DNA from: an uncultured Chloroflexia bacterium | GTDB lineage: Bacteria; Chloroflexota; Anaerolineae; JAAYZQ01 | Direction of reading: 5' to 3' | DNA length: 64,000 bases | Assembly (NCBI GenBank): GCA_963700285.1 | Contig: CAVOXA010000001.1 | Span: forward strand, 1,568,001-1,632,000 | In this document: piece after piece, positions 1-9,732 of the stretch | How the letters are laid out: the number at the start of each line of letters is the position of its first letter | Position numbering within the stretch: the first letter of the stretch is position 1 | Notes under the pieces: generated by a model | Told to the model about the DNA's origin: nothing | The model's input: only the letters and a program-made list of their open reading frames with translations | Databases searched by the model: none | Translations under genes and position numbers: made by a program

Positions 1-1
1 T

Positions 2-1450
2 CTGGTACTAGCCCGCCGGCTGGCCGACCGCTTTCGAGGCGCCTACTATCCTCTGGACGAGGTGCGAAAGACGGGGCGTGCGATCATGATCGACGCCAGT
101 GGTCACCGTCTGGTCGTTGATGTCGCCTGCTTTCGTGGCACGGAGCCTTCGGGCTCGTATTCTCCAGAACAAAGCTTGGCTGCCGATCTGGACGACCGGG
201 ATTTTACTATCAACGCCTTGGCCGCTGACATTCATACCCCTGATGACATCGTTGACCGCCACGGCGGTCTGGATGATCTGGCTGCTGGCCTCATCCGTCC
301 GGTGTCCGAGGGGAGTATTCGCAATGATCCCCTGCGCGCCTTACGGGCGGTCCGGCTGGCAGCCGGACTAGGTTTCTCGCTGGCCGCGGAGACCGTGATG
401 CTCATCCGCCGCGACGGCGCAGAGCTGGGCCAGGTAGCGGCCGAACGCGTCCGCGATGAACTGGCTCGCCTGCTGGTTCTGCCCCGGTCTGCTCGCTATC
501 TGGCCGAGCTGGAAACCCTCGGTTTGCTCACCGCGATCTTTCCTGAACTGGAACCTATGCGCGGTGTGGCCCAGTCGCCGCCCCATTACCTGGACGTGCT
601 GGCTCATTCGCTGGAGACCGTTCGAGCGCTAGAGGCGCTACTGGACGCCTTGTTCTGTGAGGCCGGAACTGAGACGAAAGACGAAAGACGATGGACGAAC
701 GACAGTCCGCGGATGGACGGTCGGCGATGGCTCGAAGACGAGTTCCGGACAAAGACCGATACCCAATCTCCAACAGCCGATTTCCAACTGGCAGATCTGG
801 CCCCATTCGCCGGCCGACTGCAGGCACACATGAACCAGAGGTTGGGCGAAGGGCGTCCGCGCTTGGTGGCGCTCAAGCTGGCGGCGCTGCTGCATGATGC
901 GGGCAAGCCAGCAGCGCAAACCGTAGATCAGGACGGGAGGATCCGCTTCATCGGCCATGAGGCAGAGTCGGCCCGCATCACCGGCGAGGCCCTGCAACGC
1001 CTTCGGTTTAACAGGGCCGAGGTACGCCTTGGGGGAGTAATTGTCCGCTACCACCTGAGGCCCTTGTTACTGGCGGAACAGGAAAACGTCTCCTTTCGGG
1101 CGATCTATCGCTTCTTCCGCGATACAGGTGAGGCAGGGCCGGATGTGCTGTTGCATGCCTTGGCTGACCATGCCGCCACCTATTGCCCTGATTCAGCGAC
1201 CGAGTCCTGGCTTCGGCTGGAACCACTGACGGTACGGATGCTATCAGACTACTACGACCGGCCTGAGGAGCGGGTCACGCCGCCACCACTCGTTGACGGC
1301 AATGACCTGATGCGCGAGTTTGAACTCAAGCCCGGCCCCCAGATCGGCGAGATGCTGGAGGCTGTGCGCGAGGCGCAGGTCAGCGGTAAGGTGCACACCC
1401 TCGGGCAAGCCCTAGCGCTGGTCCGTTCCCAACTGGCCGGGCGGCCCTGA
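2..1450 (+). CDS. CCA tRNA nucleotidyltransferase / poly(A) polymerase family with HD domain (5'-partial)
   Basis: Frame open from base 2. DLDDRDFTINALA and DPLRALRAVRL motifs; HD domain HSLETV...LLHDAGKP...FIGHE. Confidence 0.9.
   Translation: MVLARRLADRFRGAYYPLDEVRKTGRAIMIDASGHRLVVDVACFRGTEPSGSYSPEQSLAADLDDRDFTINALAADIHTPDDIVDRHGGLDDLAAGLIRPVSEGSIRNDPLRALRAVRLAAGLGFSLAAETVMLIRRDGAELGQVAAERVRDELARLLVLPRSARYLAELETLGLLTAIFPELEPMRGVAQSPPHYLDVLAHSLETVRALEALLDALFCEAGTETKDERRWTNDSPRMDGRRWLEDEFRTKTDTQSPTADFQLADLAPFAGRLQAHMNQRLGEGRPRLVALKLAALLHDAGKPAAQTVDQDGRIRFIGHEAESARITGEALQRLRFNRAEVRLGGVIVRYHLRPLLLAEQENVSFRAIYRFFRDTGEAGPDVLLHALADHAATYCPDSATESWLRLEPLTVRMLSDYYDRPEERVTPPPLVDGNDLMREFELKPGPQIGEMLEAVREAQVSGKVHTLGQALALVRSQLAGRP
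673..790 (+). repeat. Two in-frame heptamer tandem arrays inside the nucleotidyltransferase gene
   Basis: GACGAAA GACGAAA GACGATG GACGAAC GAC at 673-703; CCGATAC CCAATCT CCAACAG CCGATTT CCAACTG at 756-790. Confidence 0.7.
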
Positions 1451-1488
1451 TCGAGCTGGTTCACAGGCCAGCGCGACCCGTGCCGCCA

Positions 1489-2529
1489 TCATGTCGCTCG
1501 CCCCAACAACGATGCTGCCAGTTCGCATAGATGCGATTGAGCGGCGTTTGTGATCCCGGTTTGCTCCAGGCTCTTGAGGGCCTGGCGATAGAATGTCTCG
1601 GCCATCTCTTCGGAATACTTGCGGCCACCAAGCCCATCCAGGAGTTCCAGGGCGGATTCAATGCTGGATTGATCCAGTGGCCCCTCCTGGGCATATAGCT
1701 GTACCAGCTTTCTGGCCGTTCTGTGGTCAGAGTGGTTGAGGGCATAGACCACCGGCAGGGTCTTTTTCTTGTCCCGGATGTCGGTGGCCGCCGACTTGCC
1801 CGTCACCTGGGGGTCGCCCCAGGCTCCCAGGATGTCGTCCTGGATCTGAAAGGCCATGCCCAGGTTCTCGCCAAAGCGCAAAGTAGCTGTCGATGCAGGC
1901 CGGGTCGTCGGTGGCGACGATGGCTCCCATTTGTGTCGACGCCGCCAGCAGCGCCGCGGTCTTGTGCCGGATCATCCACAGGTACTGATCCAGGTCTACA
2001 TCCAGCTGCTCCTCAAACGTCATGTCAAAGAACTGGCCCTCGCACAGGGCCAGGCAGGCCTGGTCCAGGGCCAGGGAGGCCGCTAGCTGGCGCGCCAGCG
2101 GCACATCCCGTTCGCTCAGGCGGTGCAGGGCCAGCCGGGCCAGCACGAACAGACCGTCGCCGACGTTGATGCCGTGGGCCGCTCCCCAGATGTCCCACAC
2201 GGCGCGCCGGCCACGCCGGAAGTGGCTGCCGTCCTGGATGTCGTCGTGGACCAGGGAAAAGTTGTGGACCAGTTCCAGGGCAGCGGCCGCGGGCAAGCGC
2301 TGTTGTGGATCGCCGCCGGCCGCCTGCGCAGGCCAGCAGGCATAGCATCGGGCGCAGGCGCTTGCCGCTTTTGGCCTGGATCGGGCGCAGACTCCTCGTC
2401 GACCCAGCCCAGATGGTAGCGCATCATGCCATAGTAGGGTGCCAGACTGTGATGGGGAATACGCACAACTTGCTGGAGGTCGTCTTCAATCTGGGGCAAG
2501 AATTGGCCGAATGCCTCGTCCAAGCTCAT
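1489..2529 (-). CDS. Polyprenyl diphosphate (GGPP-type) synthase, split by indels
   Basis: FARM ELVHNFSLVHDDIQD, KTAALL, and SARM FQIQDDILG...DIRDKKKT across ORFs 2116-2529, 1727-2296 and 1489-1881. Confidence 0.88.
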
Positions 2530-2612
2530 GATGTTGCTCCTGTCACAGGGTCAGGGACATGCAGGTTTCCGGGAGCACAGGTTGTGCTCGGACCTCTTTG
2601 GTCACAAGAATA

Positions 2613-3639
2613 CTATGCCGTGGCCCTCAGCGCAGGAGTACCTTTGAGGTCCTGTACGGTGGTGATACCACTGCAGAACATGACGATCCGCAGCATGTCG
2701 GCCAGCTCGTCGGCCAGATCGGTGACAGCCTGAGCGGAGATGTTGGCCGCTTTCAGGAACGGCCCGGCCAGCCCGCCCAGGTCGGCGCCCAGGGCCAGGG
2801 ACTTGGCCAGGTCCATGCCGCTGCGCAGGCCGCCGCTGGCAATCAGCGGCATGTCGGGCAGGGCAGCCCGTACTTGGACCAGCGCCTCGGCGGTTGGAAT
2901 GCCCCAGTCGGCGAATTCGGCGCACAGGCGCGCTGACGTTGCTCGGTGGGGGCGCGGTACATCTCTACCTGGCTCCACGAGGTGCCACCGGCTCCGGCCA
3001 CGTCGATGGCGCTCACGCCAGCGTCCACCAGCTGCCGGGCCACGCCTGCCGAGATGCCCCAGCCCACCTCTTTGGCTACGACTGGCACGTCCAGCCCGCG
3101 ACACACGATCTCAATCTTGGCCAGGAGTCCCCGCCAGTCGGTGTCGCCATCGACTTGCAGGGCCTCCTGCAGGGGGTTCAGGTGCAGGATCAGTGCGTCG
3201 GCTTCGACCAGATCTACCGCGCGCTGGCATTCTTCCAGGCCAAACCCGGTGTTGAGGTGGGCCGCGCCCAGGTTGGCCAAGAGGAGGATGTCGGGTGCCA
3301 GGTGGCGGACGCGGAAGGTGTTCAGTCAGGTGCGGCGCTTCGAGGGCTGCCCGCAGCGAGCCCAGGCCCATGGCGATGCCTGCTGCCTGGGCGCCTTCGG
3401 CCAGGTGTAGGTTGATGCGCTGGGCCTCGACGGTGCCGCCCGTCATGGACGAGATCAGCAGGGGCAGCCGCAGTTGCTTCGCCCAGGAAGGACGTGCGCA
3501 GGTCCACGTCATCCAGGGCAATCTCGGGCAGGGCGTTGTGGACAAAGCGGTAGCGCTCCAGGCCAGTGGTGAGTTGGGGAAAGTCCACGTTCTGCTCCAG
3601 GTTGATTGCCAGGTGCTCCGATTTGCGCTGTTCCAGCAT
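2613..3639 (-). CDS. fni: Type 2 isopentenyl-diphosphate delta-isomerase, split by indels
   Basis: [42 protein letters not shown] and IASGGLR motifs across four frames. Confidence 0.9.
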
Positions 3640-3749
3640 CCTGCCCCCGTAACTTTCCATCAAGTGGCGTGTTGTACGAGAATAAGTCTCTGTTCCCAGA
3701 ACTGTGTACAAGGCGCGAGGCACGCTGGAACAGAGGCTGCCGCCCGCGC

Positions 3750-3778
3750 ATCTTACCAGGGGTGCTGCAGAATGTCAA
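3750..3778 (-). promoter_or_regulatory. sigma70-type promoter for fni operon
   Basis: TTGACA-N17-TAAGAT on the minus strand. Confidence 0.6.
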
Positions 3779-3800
3779 ACGGGTTGACGCGTCAAGGGAC

Positions 3801-3829
3801 TTGACACTGCCGACCATCCCTGGTAGAAT
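3801..3829 (+). promoter_or_regulatory. sigma70-type promoter for acpP
   Basis: TTGACA-N17-TAGAAT with TG extension. Confidence 0.7.
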
Positions 3830-3922
3830 GGGCCGATCTTAAAGTGCAACAAGACAAGACCGTAGATTCAAAACGTATGGGATGAGTCCGGCAACAACAT
3901 ATTACCAGGAGGTGCTGTAGAG

Positions 3923-4183
3923 ATGGCTGACATGAGCAAGGAGGAGCTCTTTGATCGAGTCAAGGACATCATCGTCGAGCAATTGGGCGTGGACCCGGAG
4001 AAGGTCACCATGGAAGCGCGTTTCCGCGAGGATCTGGAAGCCGATTCGTTGGACCTGGTCGAGCTGATCATGGAATTTGAGGACGTGTTCGGCGGCGAGA
4101 TCTCGGACGAGGAAGCGCAGCAGATCAAGACGGTGGGTCAGGCCGTTGACTACCTTTACCAGCGCATGGAGGAGGGCGAATAG
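3923..4183 (+). CDS. acpP: Acyl carrier protein
   Basis: [17 protein letters not shown] motif; AGGAGG RBS. Confidence 0.97.
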   Translation: MADMSKEELFDRVKDIIVEQLGVDPEKVTMEARFREDLEADSLDLVELIMEFEDVFGGEISDEEAQQIKTVGQAVDYLYQRMEEGE

Positions 4184-4204
4184 CCAGCGCTATTTGCCAT
4201 GTGA

Positions 4205-4252
4205 GACAAAGACGCTGGGGACTGGCCGTGGGGCCGGTCTCCAGCGTCTTTG
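4205..4252 (+). terminator. Hairpin terminator after acpP
   Basis: ACAAAGACGCTGGGGA...TCTCCAGCGTCTTTGT long inverted repeat. Confidence 0.7.
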
Positions 4253-4443
4253 TGCAAGCGGGGCAATGGTTGTGGTGGATGCCGCGCCAGGTGGTTTCTC
4301 TGATCGGTGAGGGCATCACCAACGCAATGCCTGCAATGCATCTGGCTGCCCAAGTGGTAGCAGAGGCGGATGGGCTGACCATACTGGGGTTGTCCGAGTA
4401 GCAATCACAGACGGGGATGGTCATTGGACGCTGGGCATAACCT

Positions 4444-5050
4444 ATGGAGAACAGTGTCGTCATTCTGGCTGGGGGCAAGAGTTCCAGACTGGGCAGGGAC
4501 AAATCGTTCCTGCTGGTGGATGGGCAGCCCCTGGTAGCCCACGTCGTTCAGAAACTGTCCCTCTTGAGCGATGACCTTGTCGTCGTTACCAACGATCCGG
4601 TGCGCTACGAACCACTGGCCCTGCCCGCGCGCTTGGTGCCTGACGAACGGCGCGGGGAAGGCTCGCTGATGGGCCTCTACTCTGGGTTGAAAGCGGCTCG
4701 TCATGGCCGGGTATTGGCGGTTGCCTGCGACATGCCTTTCCTCAGCGTGCCGCTTCTGCGCTACATGCTGTCCCTGGCTAAGGGACACGACGTGGTCATC
4801 CCCCGTGTTGGTGGCTACCTGGAGCCGCTCCACGCTGTCTACAGCACGAGCTTGTCTACCGGCCATGGCTCGCCTGCTGGCCCAGGGCCGGCGCCAGATC
4901 ATTGCCTTCTTCCACGAGGTACGGGTTCGCTACGTGGAGGAGGATGAGGTCGACCAGTTCGATCCCCACCACCTGTCGTTCATCAACGTGAACACTCCCG
5001 AGGATTGGGAGCGGGTTCAGCAGATTCTGAGAGAACAAGAACGGCCAACC
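4444..5050 (+). CDS. mobA: Molybdenum cofactor guanylyltransferase (indel near 4850; 3' end approximate)
   Basis: ILAGGKSSRLGRDK, ACDMPF and EPLHAVY; FINVNTPEDW follows in a second frame. Confidence 0.88.
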
Positions 5051-6421
5051 CTAGTACTCGTAGCAACTGCCGCCGATGAACTCGCGCAGGGGCGAGGTCG
5101 GCGGGATCGCTTGCTCGTCCTGCTCCTCGATGGGGGCCACGACATCCAGAAGTTCGATGGACGCGCTCGGCGCGGTCGTAGTGCATCCACCCGCAGCGGA
5201 TCGCCCTCGTACTCTTGGGCCCATTGGGCAAAGTTGTCCAGCAGCCTGCGGCGCATGACCGGCAGCTCGTAGGACAGCGCGCCGTTGACGATATAGTCGG
5301 TCGTGTTGGCGTAGGGGATGATGTTGCGCATCTCGCTGCTGCGCACATAGTGCCAGTGCTCCAGCGTGCGCTGGGGATCGTAGGCGCGGAAGCGTGGCGT
5401 CGCGGACCATGCGCCGCATCAGGCGCAGGTCGGTCCAGCGGACCATGCGGCCATCCGGCCCCTTCATCTGCAGCAGGGTCTCGATGTAGAGCTGGAACTT
5501 GCGCTCGTCGTGCTACGTCCTGCGGTCATGGCCGGGTACAGGCCGTGCAGGCTGTCGATGAGGATGATATCGTCCGGCCCGATGCGCATCGGCGTGACGT
5601 CGTCGTGCCGCTTGCCGGTCTTGAAATCGTAGTATGGGATGCGGACCTCTTCGCCAGCGATCAGGCGCACCAGGTGCTCGTTGATCAGCGCCAGGTCGAG
5701 GGCCTGGGGCGTCTCGAAATCATAGTCGCCGAACTCGTCCTTGGGATGCAGCTCCAGGTCAAAGAAATAGTTGTCCACGTTGAGGGTGACCAGGCTCAGG
5801 CCGACTCTGGGCCAGCCGCTCGCCCAGCTTGATCGTCGTCGTCGTCTTGCCCGACGACGATGGACCGGCGATGATGACCAGCCTGAGCTCGTCCCGCCGT
5901 TCGGCGATGAGCTGGGCGGCGGTGTCGATATCCTCCTCGTAGGCCCGATCCGATTCCTGGACAATGTGGGGAAACTCGCCCCTGGCGATGCGGGCGTTGA
6001 GTCGCTCGACGGTGTGCAGATCGTGGTCGACCGACCAGCGCAGCACCTCGTAGATCTTGCGCCAGGGGATGTTGCCCGATTCCCGGTAGCCCCGGGCAGC
6101 CTTTTCCCGGCGCCGCCTGGCGCGCTCCTCGCGGTAGAGGATGTAGGCCTTGGCTACCTTGGCATGGCCGTTTTCGATCAGGACCTTTTCGACCACGTCC
6201 TGGATCTCTTCGACGGTGGGGGATTGGCCGGGCGGTGTCGTCTCTTCCAGGATGGCCACCACCTGCCGGGTCAGGCCTTCGGCGATGGAGCGATCGCGGC
6301 CGCCAACGGCCACCGCCGCCCGGTAGATGGCATTGGTGATGCGCTCCGGCGTAAAGGGCACCACGGCGCCCGTGCGTTTGACGACGTGCGTGAGTTCTGT
6401 GACTCAGTTCTGGACCCTCAC
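5051..6421 (-). CDS. ATP-cone domain fused to uridine/nucleoside kinase (several indels; start approximate)
   Basis: VVKRTGAVVPFTPERI...VEEIQDVVEKVLIE (ATP cone); IAGPSSSGKTT, DNYF, DFETPQALDL and RLMRRMVRD (Udk-like). Confidence 0.8.
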
Positions 6422-6480
6422 TGGCTCCAGCGCTACCTCCTCGCTATCCGCGTACGCTGGGACTTGCAGCGAACACAACA

Positions 6481-6506
6481 GGGGAGCGGAATCGTTTCCA
6501 CTCCCC
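6481..6506 (-). terminator. Hairpin downstream of tmRNA
   Basis: GGGGAG.GGA...TCC.CTCCCC inverted repeat immediately after the tmRNA 3' end. Confidence 0.55.
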
Positions 6507-6511
6507 TGAGC

Positions 6512-6916
6512 TGGTGGAGATGGCGGGAGTCGAACCCGCGTCCAGAAGATTCGAACAGGGACATACTACAAGCTTAGTTGACCTTTTGGTTCTCGCCTTG
6601 ACAGGCCGCCGACCAACAGGCTACTATCCAGGCCAGCCGATGCGGGGCACATAGTACTCCCCGCCTCTGATCCCACTTATCGGCGTCTGTGGGAGTGCAC
6701 CCCCGGTTTGCTGTCGCCCGCCAATCTTCCCCCCGGGAGCGGGAAAGGGCGGACGTGACCGTCTAGCGGTCAAGCTTTCGCCTCACCGACTAGGCGGCAA
6801 GCGCGAGAGCTGGTGTGCGCTGTTTGGCACTTGTGTTTTGCCCGTTTTTCACGCGGTCCAGGCGCCTCGGCTTGCAGTCCCAGCCCAGCCTCCCCTGTCG
6901 AAACCATTTCATCCCC
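6512..6916 (-). ncRNA. ssrA: tmRNA; tag reading frame (A)KQRTPALALAA at about 6790-6828
   Basis: 5' GGGGATGAAATGGTTTCGAC; 3' GGACGCGGGTTCGACTCCCGCCATCTCCACCA; internal ORF ending ALAA-stop; TGGTATAAT promoter at 6935-6943. Confidence 0.96.
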
Positions 6917-7042
6917 AGGCTGGTTAGTCGGAACATTATACCACACCCGGACAGATTGGCAAAATTTGGCGGATCCTCTGACCGGCGATACTTGCACGGC
7001 AGGGCGCTTTGCACCCGTCGCGAAACTTGAAGGGGGCCTGCG

Positions 7043-8008
7043 CTATTTTTCAGGGTCCGTCAAGTTTCGCTTCTGCATCCAGGCCGGCAGGTGATCCCGC
7101 AACCGGGCTACCAGCGCCGCTCCGTCTGCGGGATCAAGCTGCAGGATGCCTTGCTGACCAGCATCGACCAGGGCCAGTTGCTGTTGCTCCAGGGAGACGC
7201 CCGGTGGGCAGGGAACCACGTGCCAGTGGACGTGGGCGTTGGCCTCCTGGCTGCCCAGGGAAAGAAGATAGACCCGCTCGGGCTTTAGGGCAAGCCGCAC
7301 TGCCTCGGCCACCGCGTGGACGATGCGCTGCAAGGATAGGTATTGATGCAAGGTAAAATCGCCCGTAACCTGCTCATGATGAGCGACGGGCGCCACCAGT
7401 ACGTAGCCATAGACAGTAGGGAACCGGTTCAAGAAAGCGATAGCTTCCTTGCTCTCCCAGACGATGTGATGCTGGGCCAGCGTGGGATCGCGCTCGATCA
7501 GGCGGCAGATGAAGCAGCCCTGGGCTACCTCTTGGAGGTAGTCATCCAGGTCGAGGCTCACCCGCTGCTGGGTACTCAGTACGCCCGCAGCGCGCAGGGC
7601 CTCGGCGATGATGCGCTGGTCCCGGACCGGATCCCGGTACAGCCGTCCTTGCTTGTCGGTCTCAAAGCCCCTGTGGTCGAGGATGACCAGTTGCATGCGG
7701 TTGGCGTCTGCCCATGCCTGCCGGCGCTGATCGTATAGGCGGCGTTGGTGGCCGCGGGATACCCCGCTTACTGTGGTACCTTCATCCATGATGGGCACGG
7801 GGGCGCTGTGCTGCCATTCCCAGTACTCTACGATGAGGCGGTGCCGGGGAAAGTAGCCATCGACGGGCAGTGCCCTGCGCTTGCCATCCTTGCCTGGATC
7901 GCCCAAGAGCGAGGGAAATCGATGCTGCCAGCGGTAGTCGGGTTCGGCCAGGATCCTGGCCACCAGGTCGAGGATGTACTTTTCGTCGCTTTCAGCGCGA
8001 GGAGGCAT
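7043..8008 (-). CDS. Fusion of a PD-(D/E)XK/Vsr-like nuclease domain and a HIT-family hydrolase
   Basis: N-terminal LPVDGYFPRHRLIVEYWEWQH...DQRRQ; C-terminal CFIC...HVHWHVVP; one uninterrupted ORF; GAGGT RBS before the ATG at 8008. Confidence 0.75.
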   Translation of the reverse strand: MPPRAESDEKYILDLVARILAEPDYRWQHRFPSLLGDPGKDGKRRALPVDGYFPRHRLIVEYWEWQHSAPVPIMDEGTTVSGVSRGHQRRLYDQRRQAWADANRMQLVILDHRGFETDKQGRLYRDPVRDQRIIAEALRAAGVLSTQQRVSLDLDDYLQEVAQGCFICRLIERDPTLAQHHIVWESKEAIAFLNRFPTVYGYVLVAPVAHHEQVTGDFTLHQYLSLQRIVHAVAEAVRLALKPERVYLLSLGSQEANAHVHWHVVPCPPGVSLEQQQLALVDAGQQGILQLDPADGAALVARLRDHLPAWMQKRNLTDPEK

Positions 8009-8010
8009 GG

Positions 8011-8820
8011 TTACCTCGTAGTGTGGCCCGAACCCTCGTTCTGGCCAAGGGAGGCGATACGGCTTGCCTGGGGAACGATCCACAGGTCAGCCGTTCCCGC
8101 CACGTTGAGGGTTGTGTCGGTGATGAGTACGGTCCTCAGGAAAAGTTCGAGCCAGACCCCATCCCTGATCTGTGCCTTCCAGACGACAGAGTCGCCCACC
8201 TCGCGATAGGGGTAGCCTTCGATATTGGCCAAATGGGCGCCCTGATCTGTTTTTCCAGCATAGATGAACACAGTGCCCGGGATGGCGGCGCCCTTCTTGA
8301 TGCGATGGGCCACAGGCAACTTGTAGTGGACTGGAGCAAGCTCGTTGGGCAGCGCGGGCTGGGGTACCGGATCAGTGATGGCGACCTCGGCCGAGCCCGC
8401 CACGTGCAGTTTGTCTTCGGTAATCAGGACAACCCGCAGGCTCAGGTCCGTGGCAACTCCGTCGGCCAGGTCACCCTTCCAGTTCAGAGAGTCACCCATT
8501 TTTTTGAGTGCTTGCTGTCCCCCGATGGATACCCGGGCGCCCTCCTCGCTTTTGCCGACATACTGGATGTCCGTTCCCGGCAGAAACGCACCCTGGGCGA
8601 TGCCAATCTCCACCGGGCCGGAATAAGCCAGCGCCGCGGCCCGGGCGTCCTTGCCTGGCCTGCAGGTGGCCAGCAGGACCAACAGCGTTGTGGCTAGCAC
8701 AGCCAGCGGCAGCCACTTGCCGATTCCTCCCAGCATCCTTTTGCCCAGCGTGTTTAGTAGCATCTTGCCGAGTGCACCGAGCAACCTTGAACTCGTCTCA
8801 GTGAGCAACCACTGGCTCAT
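8011..8820 (-). CDS. Probable lipoprotein with a tandemly duplicated ~80-aa domain (start uncertain)
   Basis: Hydrophobic stretch ending LLATC; repeats PGTDIQYVGK...GDSLNWK...LRVVLITEDKLHVAGSA and PGTVFIYAGK...GDSVVWK...LRTVLITDTTLNVAGTA. Confidence 0.7.
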   Translation of the reverse strand: MSQWLLTETSSRLLGALGKMLLNTLGKRMLGGIGKWLPLAVLATTLLVLLATCRPGKDARAAALAYSGPVEIGIAQGAFLPGTDIQYVGKSEEGARVSIGGQQALKKMGDSLNWKGDLADGVATDLSLRVVLITEDKLHVAGSAEVAITDPVPQPALPNELAPVHYKLPVAHRIKKGAAIPGTVFIYAGKTDQGAHLANIEGYPYREVGDSVVWKAQIRDGVWLELFLRTVLITDTTLNVAGTADLWIVPQASRIASLGQNEGSGHTTR

Positions 8821-9724
8821 CCCGTGCCTCCTCTGCCAGCCATTCCTCGAAGAAGGCCAGCACTCGTGCCCGATACTCTTCTGGACGGGCTTGGTCGATC
8901 CGGCGGTGTTCTGCTTCTTGGACGATCCAGAGGGCCTTGGGGTTCCCCGCGGCGGCATGTAGTGCCTCGATCTCTGCCGGATCTACGTAGCGATCCCGAC
9001 CACCATGGACAAACAAGATAGGGCGTGGGCTGATCAGGTGGACCCAACGCTGGGGATCGGCTTCGGCCAGATCGCAACCCAGGCGCCAGCCAGCGATGCG
9101 CATGGTCCACGGGGTCACGATCCTGGCCAGCCAGAGGGGGATGCCACGCTGCTGGAGGCCAGCCTGCAGCGTGGGCCGGAGCCGGGCGAACCCTCCGTCC
9201 GAGACGATCGCGGCAATGGCTGGGTTTTGGGCCGCCGTACTGATGGCTACGGCGCCCCCCATCGAAAAGCCCAGAACACCAACCTGGTCGATGCCCAGTG
9301 CTTGAGCATAGTCCACCGCAGCTAGCAGATCCAGACGCTCGTAATAGCCCATGGAAACCTGCCGACCTTCGCTGCGGCCGTGGCCTCGAAAATCAAACTG
9401 GAGCACGTTGAAACCACGTTTCTGAAAAATGGGCACGTATCGCAAGTCTGAATCAAGACTGCCCGCGTGGCCGTGGCAAAAAACGATTGTGCCGCGCTGT
9501 GGTTTGCTGCCTGGTATGAACCAGCCACCCAGACGCAGGCCATCGCGGCTGCGGAAGCTGACCTCTTCATAGTCCAGAGCCAACTCGGCCGGATCGGCAG
9601 GGGAGTCAGGCGTCCTGCGCTGGATGAGTTGGGTGGCGGCAAACCAGCCGAGCATGAACAGTGCGGCAGTGGCGATGGCCGATAGGCTCACCACGGTGAC
9701 CGTCGCCACGAGCATCAGGTACAT
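8798..9724 (-). CDS. Membrane-anchored alpha/beta hydrolase
   Basis: CHGHAG, DFRGHGRS, GFSMGG nucleophile elbow, HGGRD and catalytic His region. Confidence 0.92.
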   Translation of the reverse strand: MYLMLVATVTVVSLSAIATAALFMLGWFAATQLIQRRTPDSPADPAELALDYEEVSFRSRDGLRLGGWFIPGSKPQRGTIVFCHGHAGSLDSDLRYVPIFQKRGFNVLQFDFRGHGRSEGRQVSMGYYERLDLLAAVDYAQALGIDQVGVLGFSMGGAVAISTAAQNPAIAAIVSDGGFARLRPTLQAGLQQRGIPLWLARIVTPWTMRIAGWRLGCDLAEADPQRWVHLISPRPILFVHGGRDRYVDPAEIEALHAAAGNPKALWIVQEAEHRRIDQARPEEYRARVLAFFEEWLAEEARDEPVVAH

Positions 9725-9732
9725 GGTTACTC

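Noticed and set aside
6395-6421. In-frame TGA near the start of the ATP-cone gene as selenocysteine
   Set aside because: Not at a catalytic position, no evident SECIS, and located in an indel-rich block.
6421-7043. Genomic island integrated at tmRNA
   Set aside because: No integrase and no duplicated tmRNA 3' end in the window; a terminator and a housekeeping-like gene follow directly.
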